DNA of 64,000 nt from Patescibacteria group bacterium. Lineage in GTDB: Bacteria > Patescibacteriota > Patescibacteriia > JACRDY01. The notes beneath the pieces were generated by a model. The model was given only the letters and a program-made list of their open reading frames with translations. It did no database searches and was not told the DNA's origin. Below, one piece after another: positions 44,358-52,981 of this stretch. A program made the position numbers and the translations under genes. The DNA lies in contig JBAZFH010000003.1 in the NCBI GenBank assembly GCA_041653535.1, forward strand, positions 2,771-66,770. The letters are read 5' to 3'. Within the stretch, counting starts at the first letter, position 1. Each line of letters opens with the position of its first letter.

Positions 44358-47012
44358 ATGAGCGAAAAACCATGGCACTCTTTGTCGATTTCAGAGGTAT
44401 TTCGGGTGTTAAAAACCTCAGACGTGGGTTTGTCGGAAAAAGAAGTCAACAAGCGGATTTTTAAATTTGGTAAAAACACACTGCCGGAAGAAAAAAAGAC
44501 CACGGCTTTTACTATAATTTTTAACCAAGTGAAAAGTCCGCTGGTTTTTATTTTATTTCTGGCAAGTATTGTTTCTGCTGCTTTAGGGCACTGGTTAGAC
44601 GCTCTGGTAATTTTAGCCGTGGTTATTTTTAACAGCATTATTGGATTTTTTCAGGAGTACAAAGCAAGCCAGGCTATAGCACAGTTGAAAAAAATAGTCA
44701 GCTATCAAGCGCTGGTTATCCGTGGTGGAGCTAAAATAATGATTGATGCTAGCTCGATTGTACCTGGAGATATTGTAGTTTTAGAGCCTGGCATGAAGGT
44801 GCCGGCTGATTGTCGTTTGATAAAAATAAACGATCTCCAAATGGTGGAGGCGGCTTTGACGGGAGAATCGGAACCAGCCGATAAAAAATTGAGAATTTTA
44901 TCTATTCAAACAGTGATTTCCGATCGAGATAATATGGTTTTTATGGGAACGGTAGTAGCTCGGGGCAAAGGTCTGGCGGTTGTTTGTGCTACGGGAGGCG
45001 CTACCGAGATCGGTAAAATTGCCGAAATGGTGAAAGAAACAGAAGAGGAACAAACACCATTACAGGAAAGTATAAATCGTTTGGCGATTTTTCTTTCTTG
45101 GCTCGCGGTTACTGTTTGCGTTATTCTATTTATTGCCGGAGTTTTAGCCGGCAGAGATAAGCTAGAGATGTTTTTGGTCAGCGTGGCGATAGCGGTAGCC
45201 GCTATTCCGGAAGGATTAGCGATAGCATTGACGGTTATTTTGGTTATTGGAATGAAAAAGATTTTGAAACAAAAATCATTGGTAAGAAAACTGATAGCGG
45301 CAGAGACTCTCGGCGGAACGACGGTGATTTGTAGCGACAAAACTGGTACCTTGACCGAAGGGAAAATGGAGGTGGCAAAGTTAATATTGCCGGGTCATGA
45401 AATTTTTTTAGAAAAAAAGAAAATTGAGATTAGTGATAAATCAACCTTGGCTTTCAAAATTGCGGTTTTATGCAACGACAGTTTCATCCAGAAAAACGGT
45501 AAAGAAGAGTTGTTGGTGGGTGATTCAACAGAGCAGGCATTATTACGGGCCGGAATTAAAGTAGGCATTAATCCGGAAAAACTGCAGTCTGGTTTTTCTC
45601 GTTTGGACGAGGTGCCCTTTTCTTCCGAAAGTATGTTTATGGCAACTCTTAACAAAGGTTTTTTAGCTGATCAGATGACGCTATTAGTTAAAGGAGCGCC
45701 AGAAGTCGTATTGTCGCGTTGTACCAATATTTTGGTTGATTCGCAAATAAAATCGATTAATTCTCAAGATAGTCTGGTGTGGAAGAAAAGAATCGCCCAA
45801 CTTACCGCTCGTGGCTATAGGACTTTGGCGGTGGCTTATAAAGAAGTGGCTAAAGACGGTAAGGTTAAAATAAAAGACAGAGTAAAAGATTTGGTTTTTG
45901 TTGGCATTTTTATTTTGCGCGATCCGTTACGCGCCGATGCCAGGGAAACTATCGAAATTTGTCGTCGTGCGGGTATTAGGCCGATACTTATTACCGGTGA
46001 TCATCGTTTAACCGCTGTTAGGATCGCTCAAGATGTCGGGATTGAAGCAAATGATAAGACAGCGCTAGAGGGTATTGATCTGGATAAAATGGACGAAAAG
46101 TCTCTGATTAAAGTAGTTAGTCGAATCAATGTTTATGCGAGAGTTGAGCCGCGGCACAAGATTAGAATTGTCGAAGCGTTACGCGACAGAGGCGAAGTGG
46201 TGGCAATGACTGGCGATGGCGTTAATGATGCGCCGGCGATTAAAGCAGCCGATATCGGTATTGCTCTTGGATCCGGTACTGACGTTGCCAAGGAAACGGC
46301 GGATTTGATTTTACTTGATGATAATTTTCGTACCATTGTTGATGCTGTCCGTGGCGGACGAGTGATACTTGATAATTTGCGTAAAGTTTTAGTTTATCTT
46401 TTGTCTAGTACGGTAACAGAAATGTTTTTGATCGGCGCTTCGATAGTTTTTGGTTTACCCTTACCGTTGATTGCGATCCAGATTTTGTGGGTCAATATCG
46501 TCGAAGACGCTTTTCCTGTTTTTGCTCTGACTACCGATCCTGAAGAAAAAGGTATTATGTCTGAGCGCCCACGCGGTCGCGACAAGTCTTTGGTTGATAG
46601 AAAGATGAAATCAATTATTATCTCAATGTCGGTTTTAAACAACCTTTTTTTATTTTCAATATTTTATTTTTTCTTACATTTTAGGGTTTATAGTTTGGAC
46701 GAAATAAGGACAGTGGTGTTTGTTGGTTTGGCTAGCGGTTCGTTATTTTACGTTTTTGCTTGTCGTTCTTTACGTTATCCGATTTGGAAGTATAACCCTT
46801 TTGCCAACGGCTATGTCAACCTTTCGGTGGTTGTTGGTTTTTGTTTGATGGCTTTAGCGGTTTATTGGTCTCCGTTACAATTGGTTTTAAAAACCGTACC
46901 GCTTCATTTTGAGTTATGGCTGATTTTGCTTGCTTTCGGCGTTTTAGCTTTGCTTTGTATAGAGATGGTAAAATATTTTTTCATTTCAAAAAATAATGGT
47001 AAAAAAATATGA
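44358..47012 (+). CDS. P-type cation-transporting ATPase (P2A, Ca2+-type family)
   Basis: LTGES, AIPEGL, DKTGT, KGAPE, TGD, TGDGVNDAPA. Confidence 0.95.
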   Translation: MSEKPWHSLSISEVFRVLKTSDVGLSEKEVNKRIFKFGKNTLPEEKKTTAFTIIFNQVKSPLVFILFLASIVSAALGHWLDALVILAVVIFNSIIGFFQEYKASQAIAQLKKIVSYQALVIRGGAKIMIDASSIVPGDIVVLEPGMKVPADCRLIKINDLQMVEAALTGESEPADKKLRILSIQTVISDRDNMVFMGTVVARGKGLAVVCATGGATEIGKIAEMVKETEEEQTPLQESINRLAIFLSWLAVTVCVILFIAGVLAGRDKLEMFLVSVAIAVAAIPEGLAIALTVILVIGMKKILKQKSLVRKLIAAETLGGTTVICSDKTGTLTEGKMEVAKLILPGHEIFLEKKKIEISDKSTLAFKIAVLCNDSFIQKNGKEELLVGDSTEQALLRAGIKVGINPEKLQSGFSRLDEVPFSSESMFMATLNKGFLADQMTLLVKGAPEVVLSRCTNILVDSQIKSINSQDSLVWKKRIAQLTARGYRTLAVAYKEVAKDGKVKIKDRVKDLVFVGIFILRDPLRADARETIEICRRAGIRPILITGDHRLTAVRIAQDVGIEANDKTALEGIDLDKMDEKSLIKVVSRINVYARVEPRHKIRIVEALRDRGEVVAMTGDGVNDAPAIKAADIGIALGSGTDVAKETADLILLDDNFRTIVDAVRGGRVILDNLRKVLVYLLSSTVTEMFLIGASIVFGLPLPLIAIQILWVNIVEDAFPVFALTTDPEEKGIMSERPRGRDKSLVDRKMKSIIISMSVLNNLFLFSIFYFFLHFRVYSLDEIRTVVFVGLASGSLFYVFACRSLRYPIWKYNPFANGYVNLSVVVGFCLMALAVYWSPLQLVLKTVPLHFELWLILLAFGVLALLCIEMVKYFFISKNNGKKI

Positions 47013-47656
47013 CAAATGAAAGGTTGATTAGAAATATCGAACTGGCTTCGGATGAGTCGGTGCAGATGATTGTTCGCCGGTATTTATTGATTTATTGGTG
47101 GCAAATATTGTTAGTCATAATTTTTCTTTTGCTGCCATTTTTTTTGCTCTATCCTTTGTTGCAATGGGATACGTGGGGACCGGTGATTTTTTCCTTGCTT
47201 TTGGCTTTTAGTTTGTATTATCTGTGTCGATTTTATGTTAAATGGTATTTTGGTTGTTTAGTGGTGACAAGTCAACGCTTGATTGATTTTGATCAGCGAG
47301 GAATGTTTGATCGAACCGTATCTCCAGCACCGCTTGATCTTATCGAAGACCTTGGTTACCAACGGCGTGGTTTTTTTCAGTCAATATTAAAATATGGAAC
47401 GGTTCATTATTCCTTGCCCCAAGGACAGGCAAGGATTATTATTTTCGGTATAAAAAACCCGCAAAATATTTGTCAAAAAATAGAATTATTGATAACTGAT
47501 GCAAGAAATCATCGGTTGTCTCGTGCTTTAAATGTGGATCAGCGCTCTATTGGCGAAGACGACGCGGTTTTGGGGCGCAAAAAAGACGGTCTGGAACAGG
47601 AGAATTTTAAAAAGACAATTAATGAAATACGGAGCCTAGACGATGACCAGATTTAA
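47009..47656 (+). CDS. Membrane protein with bacterial PH domain
   Basis: Two TMs followed by 'VVTSQRLIDFDQRGMF...IEDL..GFFQSILKYGTV'. Confidence 0.75.
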   Translation: MTNERLIRNIELASDESVQMIVRRYLLIYWWQILLVIIFLLLPFFLLYPLLQWDTWGPVIFSLLLAFSLYYLCRFYVKWYFGCLVVTSQRLIDFDQRGMFDRTVSPAPLDLIEDLGYQRRGFFQSILKYGTVHYSLPQGQARIIIFGIKNPQNICQKIELLITDARNHRLSRALNVDQRSIGEDDAVLGRKKDGLEQENFKKTINEIRSLDDDQI

Positions 47657-47739
47657 TTTTTTTGGCTTAGAAACGTTATATTGATAAAGCCTTATAAGGT
47701 AGTTAACCATTTTTTGTTTTTTTGCTATAATAAATGGGT

Positions 47740-48126
47740 ATGAAAAATTGGTCACGCCGCATACTGACATCAAAATGGTTTTTGGTCGTTTGTTTATTAT
47801 TTTTAATATTTTTATCATATTCCTTTATTAGAGAGTTTTCTCGTCGTTATTATCTTCAAAAACAGGTAAATGCTCTAGAGGAACAAGTAAATAAAATCGA
47901 AAAAGAAAATCAGGAATTTTCTCAGTTAATAGAATATTTTGACACACAAAACTTTACCGAAGAAGAGGCAAGGGTAAAAATGGGACTAAAAAAACCGGGA
48001 GAAGAGGTTGTGGTCATAAATCAATCAGGTAAAAACGAAGTTAATAATCAAGAACAAGACGGTTTTGCCGGTCTTTCCAATCCGTCAAAATGGTGGTATT
48101 ATTTTTTTAAACAAAACAAGTCTTAA
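47740..48126 (+). CDS. Septum formation initiator (FtsB/DivIC family)
   Basis: TM plus coiled coil plus EEEARVKMGLKKPGEEV; TGCTATAAT at 47723-47731; alternative ATG at 47734. Confidence 0.85.
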   Translation: MKNWSRRILTSKWFLVVCLLFLIFLSYSFIREFSRRYYLQKQVNALEEQVNKIEKENQEFSQLIEYFDTQNFTEEEARVKMGLKKPGEEVVVINQSGKNEVNNQEQDGFAGLSNPSKWWYYFFKQNKS

Positions 48127-48153
48127 ATCAAATAATAATAAATAAACAATAGT

Positions 48154-49206
48154 ATGATCAAAAAGAAAAATGTCCTTAAAAAAGAGGATATGAAGTCGAT
48201 AAAATCCGCAGAAACAAAAGATGAGGAGATGACTAGTCCCGAGGTTGTCGGCAGCGACAATGATTTTTCGTTTCGTGGGTTATTTCGTAAGAAATTTATT
48301 ATCGGTTTGGTTATTGGTTTAGTGGTGGCTTTGGCGATTGTTGTGGCGGCAGCGTCTTTTATGTTCTATGGCAATCCGGGAAAATATTTGGTTTTAGAAA
48401 AAATTGCCGCAGCGTTTCATTTTCCTATGGCTAAGGCTAATGGACAATATATCGCTTATTCTGATTTTTATAATGAGTATAAGATTTTAAATCACTATTA
48501 CAATCAACAAGTGAAGCTTGGAGCTATTTCCGCCAATCAAGTGCCACCAGATAGTCAAAATCGTAAAGATCTTGAAGAGCAGTTAATAAGTAAAACATTA
48601 ATAGAACAACTAGCTCGTAAATATAAAATAGTTGTTACTGATATAGAAATCGAGCAGAGTTGGACAAAAGATGTATTACCTTACTTTGATAATGATGAGA
48701 AGAAGGCAGAAGAAAAAATCAAAGAAGATTATAATATGTCTGTCAGCGAGTTTAAGGAAAAAATGATCAGAGAAAATTTGCTTTATAATAAGGTTGATGA
48801 AATAGCGGAGATGGATCCCGATGTTCAGGAATTTACCCGTGTTCGAGCCGAGGGTGTTTTGAAAGAGGTTAAAGATGGTAAGCAGGATTTTGCTGCTTTA
48901 GTCAAACAGTACAGCGACGACACCGGCACTAAGGCAAACGGTGGTGATTTGGACTGGTTCGGTAAGGGTCAGATGGTTTCCGGTTTTGAAGAAGCCGCGT
49001 TTAAATTGCAGCCAGGTGAAATTAGCGATTTAGTAAAAACCATTTACGGATACCATATTATTAAGGTGGCTGAAAAAAAAGGTTCTGCTGAAGGCGGTGA
49101 TGAACAAATAAAAGCCAGTCATATTTTGATTAAGCCAAGTCTGGCGACATATCTTCAGGAGGTTAAGGATTCAGATAGTATTAAGCGATATATTGATTTC
49201 AAATAA
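48154..49206 (+). CDS. prsA: PrsA/SurA-like parvulin peptidyl-prolyl isomerase
   Basis: FAALVKQYSDD..GGDLDWF..GQMV..FEEAAF.L..GEISD.VKT.YGYHIIK; ASHILI. Confidence 0.88.
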   Translation: MIKKKNVLKKEDMKSIKSAETKDEEMTSPEVVGSDNDFSFRGLFRKKFIIGLVIGLVVALAIVVAAASFMFYGNPGKYLVLEKIAAAFHFPMAKANGQYIAYSDFYNEYKILNHYYNQQVKLGAISANQVPPDSQNRKDLEEQLISKTLIEQLARKYKIVVTDIEIEQSWTKDVLPYFDNDEKKAEEKIKEDYNMSVSEFKEKMIRENLLYNKVDEIAEMDPDVQEFTRVRAEGVLKEVKDGKQDFAALVKQYSDDTGTKANGGDLDWFGKGQMVSGFEEAAFKLQPGEISDLVKTIYGYHIIKVAEKKGSAEGGDEQIKASHILIKPSLATYLQEVKDSDSIKRYIDFK

Positions 49207-49223
49207 AAATTGTTAATACTAAA

Positions 49224-49253
49224 AAAGCCGCCTCATTCTATCGAGACGGCTTT
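49224..49253. terminator. Bidirectional terminator between prsA and the minus-strand tRNA unit
   Basis: AAAGCCGCCTC...GAGACGGCTTT (one mismatch). Confidence 0.65.
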
Positions 49254-49262
49254 CACTGGTTT

Positions 49263-49448
49263 TGGAGTCACCTATTGGGTTTGAACCCACGACTTGCAGT
49301 TTATCCGTCTGCCAAAGCCTCAGCCCACGGCCGGAGTTGAACCGGCAACCTACGGTTTACGATACCGTTGCTCTGCCAATTGAGCTACATGGGCTTAGGT
49401 TATGGCGGTCGGGCGATACTGTTACTTTGTCAATCGAATTAAGGTGAC
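49263..49448 (-). other. Split outer tRNA-like gene (35-nt + 41-nt halves = 76 nt with CCA) interrupted at 35/36 by a 110-nt insert that contains a complete tRNA
   Basis: Halves 49448-49414 and 49303-49263 join to GTCACCT-TA-ATTC-GATTGACA-AAGT-A-ACAGT-ATCG|TAA-ACTGC-AAGTC-GTGGG-TTCAAAC-CCAAT-AGGTGAC-T-CCA. Confidence 0.85.
49322..49394 (-). tRNA. tRNA-Thr(CGU), nested inside the outer tRNA-like gene; CCA not encoded
   Basis: GCCCATG/CGTGGGC acceptor, GCTC/GAGC D stem, ACGGT-ATCGTAA-ACCGT, GCCGG-TTCAACT-CCGGC, U73. Confidence 0.93.
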
Positions 49449-49467
49449 CGGCAAAAATAGTGAATTA

Positions 49468-49542
49468 TGGAGCGGGAGACGGGGATCGAACCCGCGACCT
49501 TCTGCTTGGGAAGCAGACATTCTACCACTGAACTACTCCCGC
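49468..49542 (-). tRNA. tRNA-Gly(CCC)
   Basis: GCGGGAG/CTCCCGC-T-CCA; TCTGC-TTCCCAA-GCAGA; GTTCGATCC. Confidence 0.97.
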
Positions 49543-49593
49543 GAACAATAGATTGCACCCGTGAAATAGGTGCCTAAATTATATAGATTTAAG

Positions 49594-50385
49594 ATGAAAA
49601 AATCAATATCACTTATATTATTAATGATTGTTTTGCTTTGCGGTTTTCCGGGGAAAATATATAGCCAGGACGCATCGGTCGATGTTAGCGAAGACGGAAT
49701 AAGTATCTATTCATCTATAATTGATCCGATCTTAAAGAAAAGACAACACGTCGTCGCTTTGCCTGACGATGGGTTTTATCTAGAAATTAGCAACAGTGCT
49801 TTTAAAAAATCCACCGAGATTGTGATAAAAAAGCGAAAAGAAATTTTGTATCAGTTGCCGGAAAATTTTGTAGCACTAAGCGATTTTTGGGAGTATGATA
49901 TAGTTGGAAAGAATGAATATGACAAAAAGACAGCTATTTTATTTCGTCTTGATAGTGCCAAAAGTGACTATTTGAAAAAAATTATATTTTGGAACGGAAA
50001 AAGCTGGCAGGAATTGCCGAGTAAGATCGTAGATATAGAATCGGGAAAGGTGGAGGCAAAGGCGTATTTACCTTTCCTTCGTTTTTTGGTCGTAGCCGAC
50101 ATGACAAAAATATCTCAGGGACAAGCGAGTTGGTATCGTTATAAAAGTTGTTTATGCGCGGCTTCACCTGATTATCCTAAAGGAAGTATTTTGCGGGTAA
50201 CTAATATTGAAAATAGTAAATCGGTGGAAGTAAAAGTAAACGATTTTGGTCCGGACAGATCCGTGCATCCAGACAGGGTGATCGATCTTGATCTGGTGGC
50301 TTTTGGGAAAATAGCAAAAAAAGGAGCTGGGCTGGTTAGCGTTTTGGTTGAACCGATAAAGGTTAATACAAAAAATAAATTATGA
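49594..50385 (+). CDS. RlpA-like double-psi beta-barrel exported protein
   Basis: Signal peptide; GQASWY...AAS..YPKGS.LRVTN..N.KSV.V.VNDFGP...RVIDL...AF..IA. Confidence 0.85.
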   Translation: MKKSISLILLMIVLLCGFPGKIYSQDASVDVSEDGISIYSSIIDPILKKRQHVVALPDDGFYLEISNSAFKKSTEIVIKKRKEILYQLPENFVALSDFWEYDIVGKNEYDKKTAILFRLDSAKSDYLKKIIFWNGKSWQELPSKIVDIESGKVEAKAYLPFLRFLVVADMTKISQGQASWYRYKSCLCAASPDYPKGSILRVTNIENSKSVEVKVNDFGPDRSVHPDRVIDLDLVAFGKIAKKGAGLVSVLVEPIKVNTKNKL

Positions 50386-51062
50386 TCAAGTTTAAAAATA
50401 TTAGCAAAAGTTATCCGGGTAACATATTGGCGGTAAAAAACATCAACCTTCATATTAAGCCGAAAGAGTTTGTTTCTATCGTTGGTCAGAGTGGCACCGG
50501 TAAAACAACTTTAGTTCGTTTGCTGATAGCCGAAGAAACACCTGATCGAGGAGAGATAACGGTTGGTGGCTGGAACATCACTGATATTAAGCGCAGTGAA
50601 GTGCCGTTTTTGCGCCGGCAGATCGGAGTGGTTTTTCAAGACTACAAACTTTTGCCGCAAAAAACCGCTTATGAAAATGTCGCTTTTGCGCTAGAGGTTT
50701 GCGGTACTCCAACTAAACGTATTCATACGGTTGTTCCGCAAGTGTTGCGGATAGTGGGATTGGAAGGAAAGGGCGGTCGTTATCCGAAACAATTATCCGG
50801 CGGTGAAGCGCAACGCGTGGCGATCGCTCGAGCGTTGGTGCATCGGCCGAAGATTTTAGTTGCTGACGAACCGACGGGCAACCTCGATACGATTAATACT
50901 AGGGAAATTGCCGATTTACTTTTAAAAATTAATGAATTTGGTACTACTGTTTTGTTGGTTACTCACGACAGGGAAGTGGTTAACTATGTTAAACGCAGGG
51001 TGATAACCATGGAAAACGGGGAAGTGATTGGCGACCAACATAGCGGTAAATACGTATTATAA
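50382..51062 (+). CDS. ftsE: Cell division ATP-binding protein FtsE
   Basis: GQSGTGKTT, LRRQIGVVFQDYKLL, LSGGE, ADEPTGNLD; followed by ftsX. Confidence 0.95.
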   Translation: MIKFKNISKSYPGNILAVKNINLHIKPKEFVSIVGQSGTGKTTLVRLLIAEETPDRGEITVGGWNITDIKRSEVPFLRRQIGVVFQDYKLLPQKTAYENVAFALEVCGTPTKRIHTVVPQVLRIVGLEGKGGRYPKQLSGGEAQRVAIARALVHRPKILVADEPTGNLDTINTREIADLLLKINEFGTTVLLVTHDREVVNYVKRRVITMENGEVIGDQHSGKYVL

Positions 51063-51070
51063 ATTTTTTT

Positions 51071-51982
51071 ATGTCTTTTATCTATCGCATCATCAAATTT
51101 GCCGTTCAGGATTTTTACCGCAATATTTGGCTGTCAGTAGTTACTATCAGTATTTTGATTTTGACCCTGCTTTCCATTAATGTTTTAGTGGTTTTTAACA
51201 ATCTGGCTAACACCGCTGCGGCAATTATCGAAAGCAAGGTTGATGTCAGTATTTATTTTAAACCAAACACTTCCATTGATGACATAAACAAGGTGAAAAG
51301 CTATATCATGGATTTGTCGGAGGTGGACAGTGTAGAATTTGTTTCCCAAGACGATGCCTTGGCGAGATTTAAAGAAACTCACAAAGACAATTCAACCATT
51401 TTAGAGGCGATTGACGAACTGGGAGATAATCCTTTGGGGGCTACGCTTAAGATCAGGGCTAACAAAATAGAAAATTATCCCGTGATTCTAAGCGCTCTTG
51501 ATAAGCCGGAGTTTAACCAGTCTATTACCAGTAAAAACTACGAAGATCGGCAGGAAATGATCAGTAAAATTTCTTATTGGACTAAAACCGGAGAAAAAGT
51601 GGCGTTTATATTTATATTGATTTTTGTTTTGATTTCGGCGTTGATTGTTTTTAACACAGTCAGGGTGGCGATTTATACTCATCGAGAGGAAATCGGTATC
51701 GAAAAACTGGTCGGAGCGACCAACTGGTTTGTTCGTTTGCCGTTTATTTTGGAGAGTGTTATTTTTAGTTTTGTCAGTTGCGTGATTACTATTGTTATTA
51801 TTTATCCGTTGCTCGGTTTTATTCAGCCGCATTTAGCGCAGTTTTTTTCTTCCAGTAGTTTTGATATTATCGGTTATTTTAATAACAATTTTATTGTTAT
51901 TTTCGGCGCTGAGTTTTTGGCGATTTGCATGTTGAACACCGCAGCCAGTCTAATGGCGGTAGGAAAGTATTTAAGAGTGTAA
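51071..51982 (+). CDS. ftsX: Cell division permease FtsX
   Basis: TM plus extracellular loop (FVSQDDAL..F, NPL), NTVRVAIY..REEI.I.KLVGATNWFVRLPF. Confidence 0.95.
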   Translation: MSFIYRIIKFAVQDFYRNIWLSVVTISILILTLLSINVLVVFNNLANTAAAIIESKVDVSIYFKPNTSIDDINKVKSYIMDLSEVDSVEFVSQDDALARFKETHKDNSTILEAIDELGDNPLGATLKIRANKIENYPVILSALDKPEFNQSITSKNYEDRQEMISKISYWTKTGEKVAFIFILIFVLISALIVFNTVRVAIYTHREEIGIEKLVGATNWFVRLPFILESVIFSFVSCVITIVIIYPLLGFIQPHLAQFFSSSSFDIIGYFNNNFIVIFGAEFLAICMLNTAASLMAVGKYLRV

Positions 51983-51992
51983 TCGTTATCTC

Positions 51993-52021
51993 TTGACTTT
52001 AGGTTCTAATCCGTATAAAAT
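51993..52021 (+). promoter_or_regulatory. Sigma70 promoter for tRNA-Gln
   Basis: TTGACT-17 bp-TAAAAT. Confidence 0.65.
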
Positions 52022-52055
52022 AATTACTAATTATTAATTAGTAATTATTAATTAA
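52019..52055. repeat. Period-7 TAATTAN x5 repeat and palindrome
   Basis: TAATTAC TAATTAT TAATTAG TAATTAT TAATTAA; 52019-52049 has 15-bp inverted arms around one T. Confidence 0.85.
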
Positions 52056-52117
52056 TGCGTTGCAGGCGGGCAAACTGTAAGGTACTATTGTTGATTTGTA
52101 ATTAATAATTGTTTCGT

Positions 52118-52192
52118 TGGGGAGTCGCCAAGCGGTAAGGCACCGCCCTTTGGAGGCGGCATTCGAAGGTTCGAATCCTTCCTCCCCAGCCA
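52118..52192 (+). tRNA. tRNA-Gln(UUG)
   Basis: TGGGGAG/CTCCCCA-G-CCA; CCGCC-CTTTGGA-GGCGG; GAAGG-TTCGAAT-CCTTC. Confidence 0.97.
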
Positions 52193-52279
52193 TAAATTAT
52201 AATTTTAGTTGTAAATAATGATTTTTGATGTTAAACTCTATAGAGACAGTGAAACTTGGTAGGGAATTTAAATTTAGAT

Positions 52280-52972
52280 ATGAATTACGTTAGCGTCATA
52301 AATAATGTTAAGAATAGTATAGCTTTTATTGCTACCCTTGATGCCAATAACAAACCAATGGGTACGGGTAGCGGTTTTATTTTTTCAAAGAAGGGAATAT
52401 TAGTCACATGCAACCATGTTATAAAGGGATCAAATACTATATTTATAAAATTTGATGGAGGCGAATTTATTCCTGCTAAGGTTGTGATAAAGGATGAAGA
52501 GCACGACTTAGCTTTGTTGAAGTTTGAAGGAACAACTGAACCATTACTACCTTCTAATATAACTAAGGTCGAAGAGGGGTTGGAGGTTTTATTTGCAGGT
52601 TACCCTCTGAGCTTGCAGAATTTAACTACACATCAAGGTATAATTTCGGCAATAACAAAAGATCTGTCGGGAATAACGACCTATTTAATAGACGGTACTG
52701 TAAATTCTGGTAACAGTGGTTGTCCATTATTGGATATCGACGGTGGGGTGTTGGGTATTGTTAACGCAAAAAGGAGGGAACAGTCTGATCTACTGTCGAA
52801 AGTCGAAGATATGAGAGTCGGTGCCGTTTCGCTTCATGGCATAGATCTTGTTAAGATTTATGGGGCGATAATAAATAATTTACAACTAGGAATCGGATAT
52901 GCTATACCGGTAAAATATATTCCTGAGCATAAAGAGATTGTTGAACCTGTTAATTCTAAAAACGATAAATAA
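52280..52972 (+). CDS. Trypsin-like (S1) serine protease, no signal peptide
   Basis: GTGSGF, TCNHV (His), HDLALL (Asp), GNSGCP (Ser). Confidence 0.88.
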   Translation: MNYVSVINNVKNSIAFIATLDANNKPMGTGSGFIFSKKGILVTCNHVIKGSNTIFIKFDGGEFIPAKVVIKDEEHDLALLKFEGTTEPLLPSNITKVEEGLEVLFAGYPLSLQNLTTHQGIISAITKDLSGITTYLIDGTVNSGNSGCPLLDIDGGVLGIVNAKRREQSDLLSKVEDMRVGAVSLHGIDLVKIYGAIINNLQLGIGYAIPVKYIPEHKEIVEPVNSKNDK

Positions 52973-52981
52973 TTTAAATTT

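Noticed and set aside
49304-49413. Group I intron in the tRNA anticodon loop
   Set aside because: The insert is only 110 nt, and 73 nt of it is a complete tRNA; there is no room for a P3-P7 catalytic core.
49262-49447. 61-aa ORF on the + strand
   Set aside because: It is the antisense reading of the nested tRNA genes (typical 'GFEPTT / ELNRQPTVY' shadow peptides).
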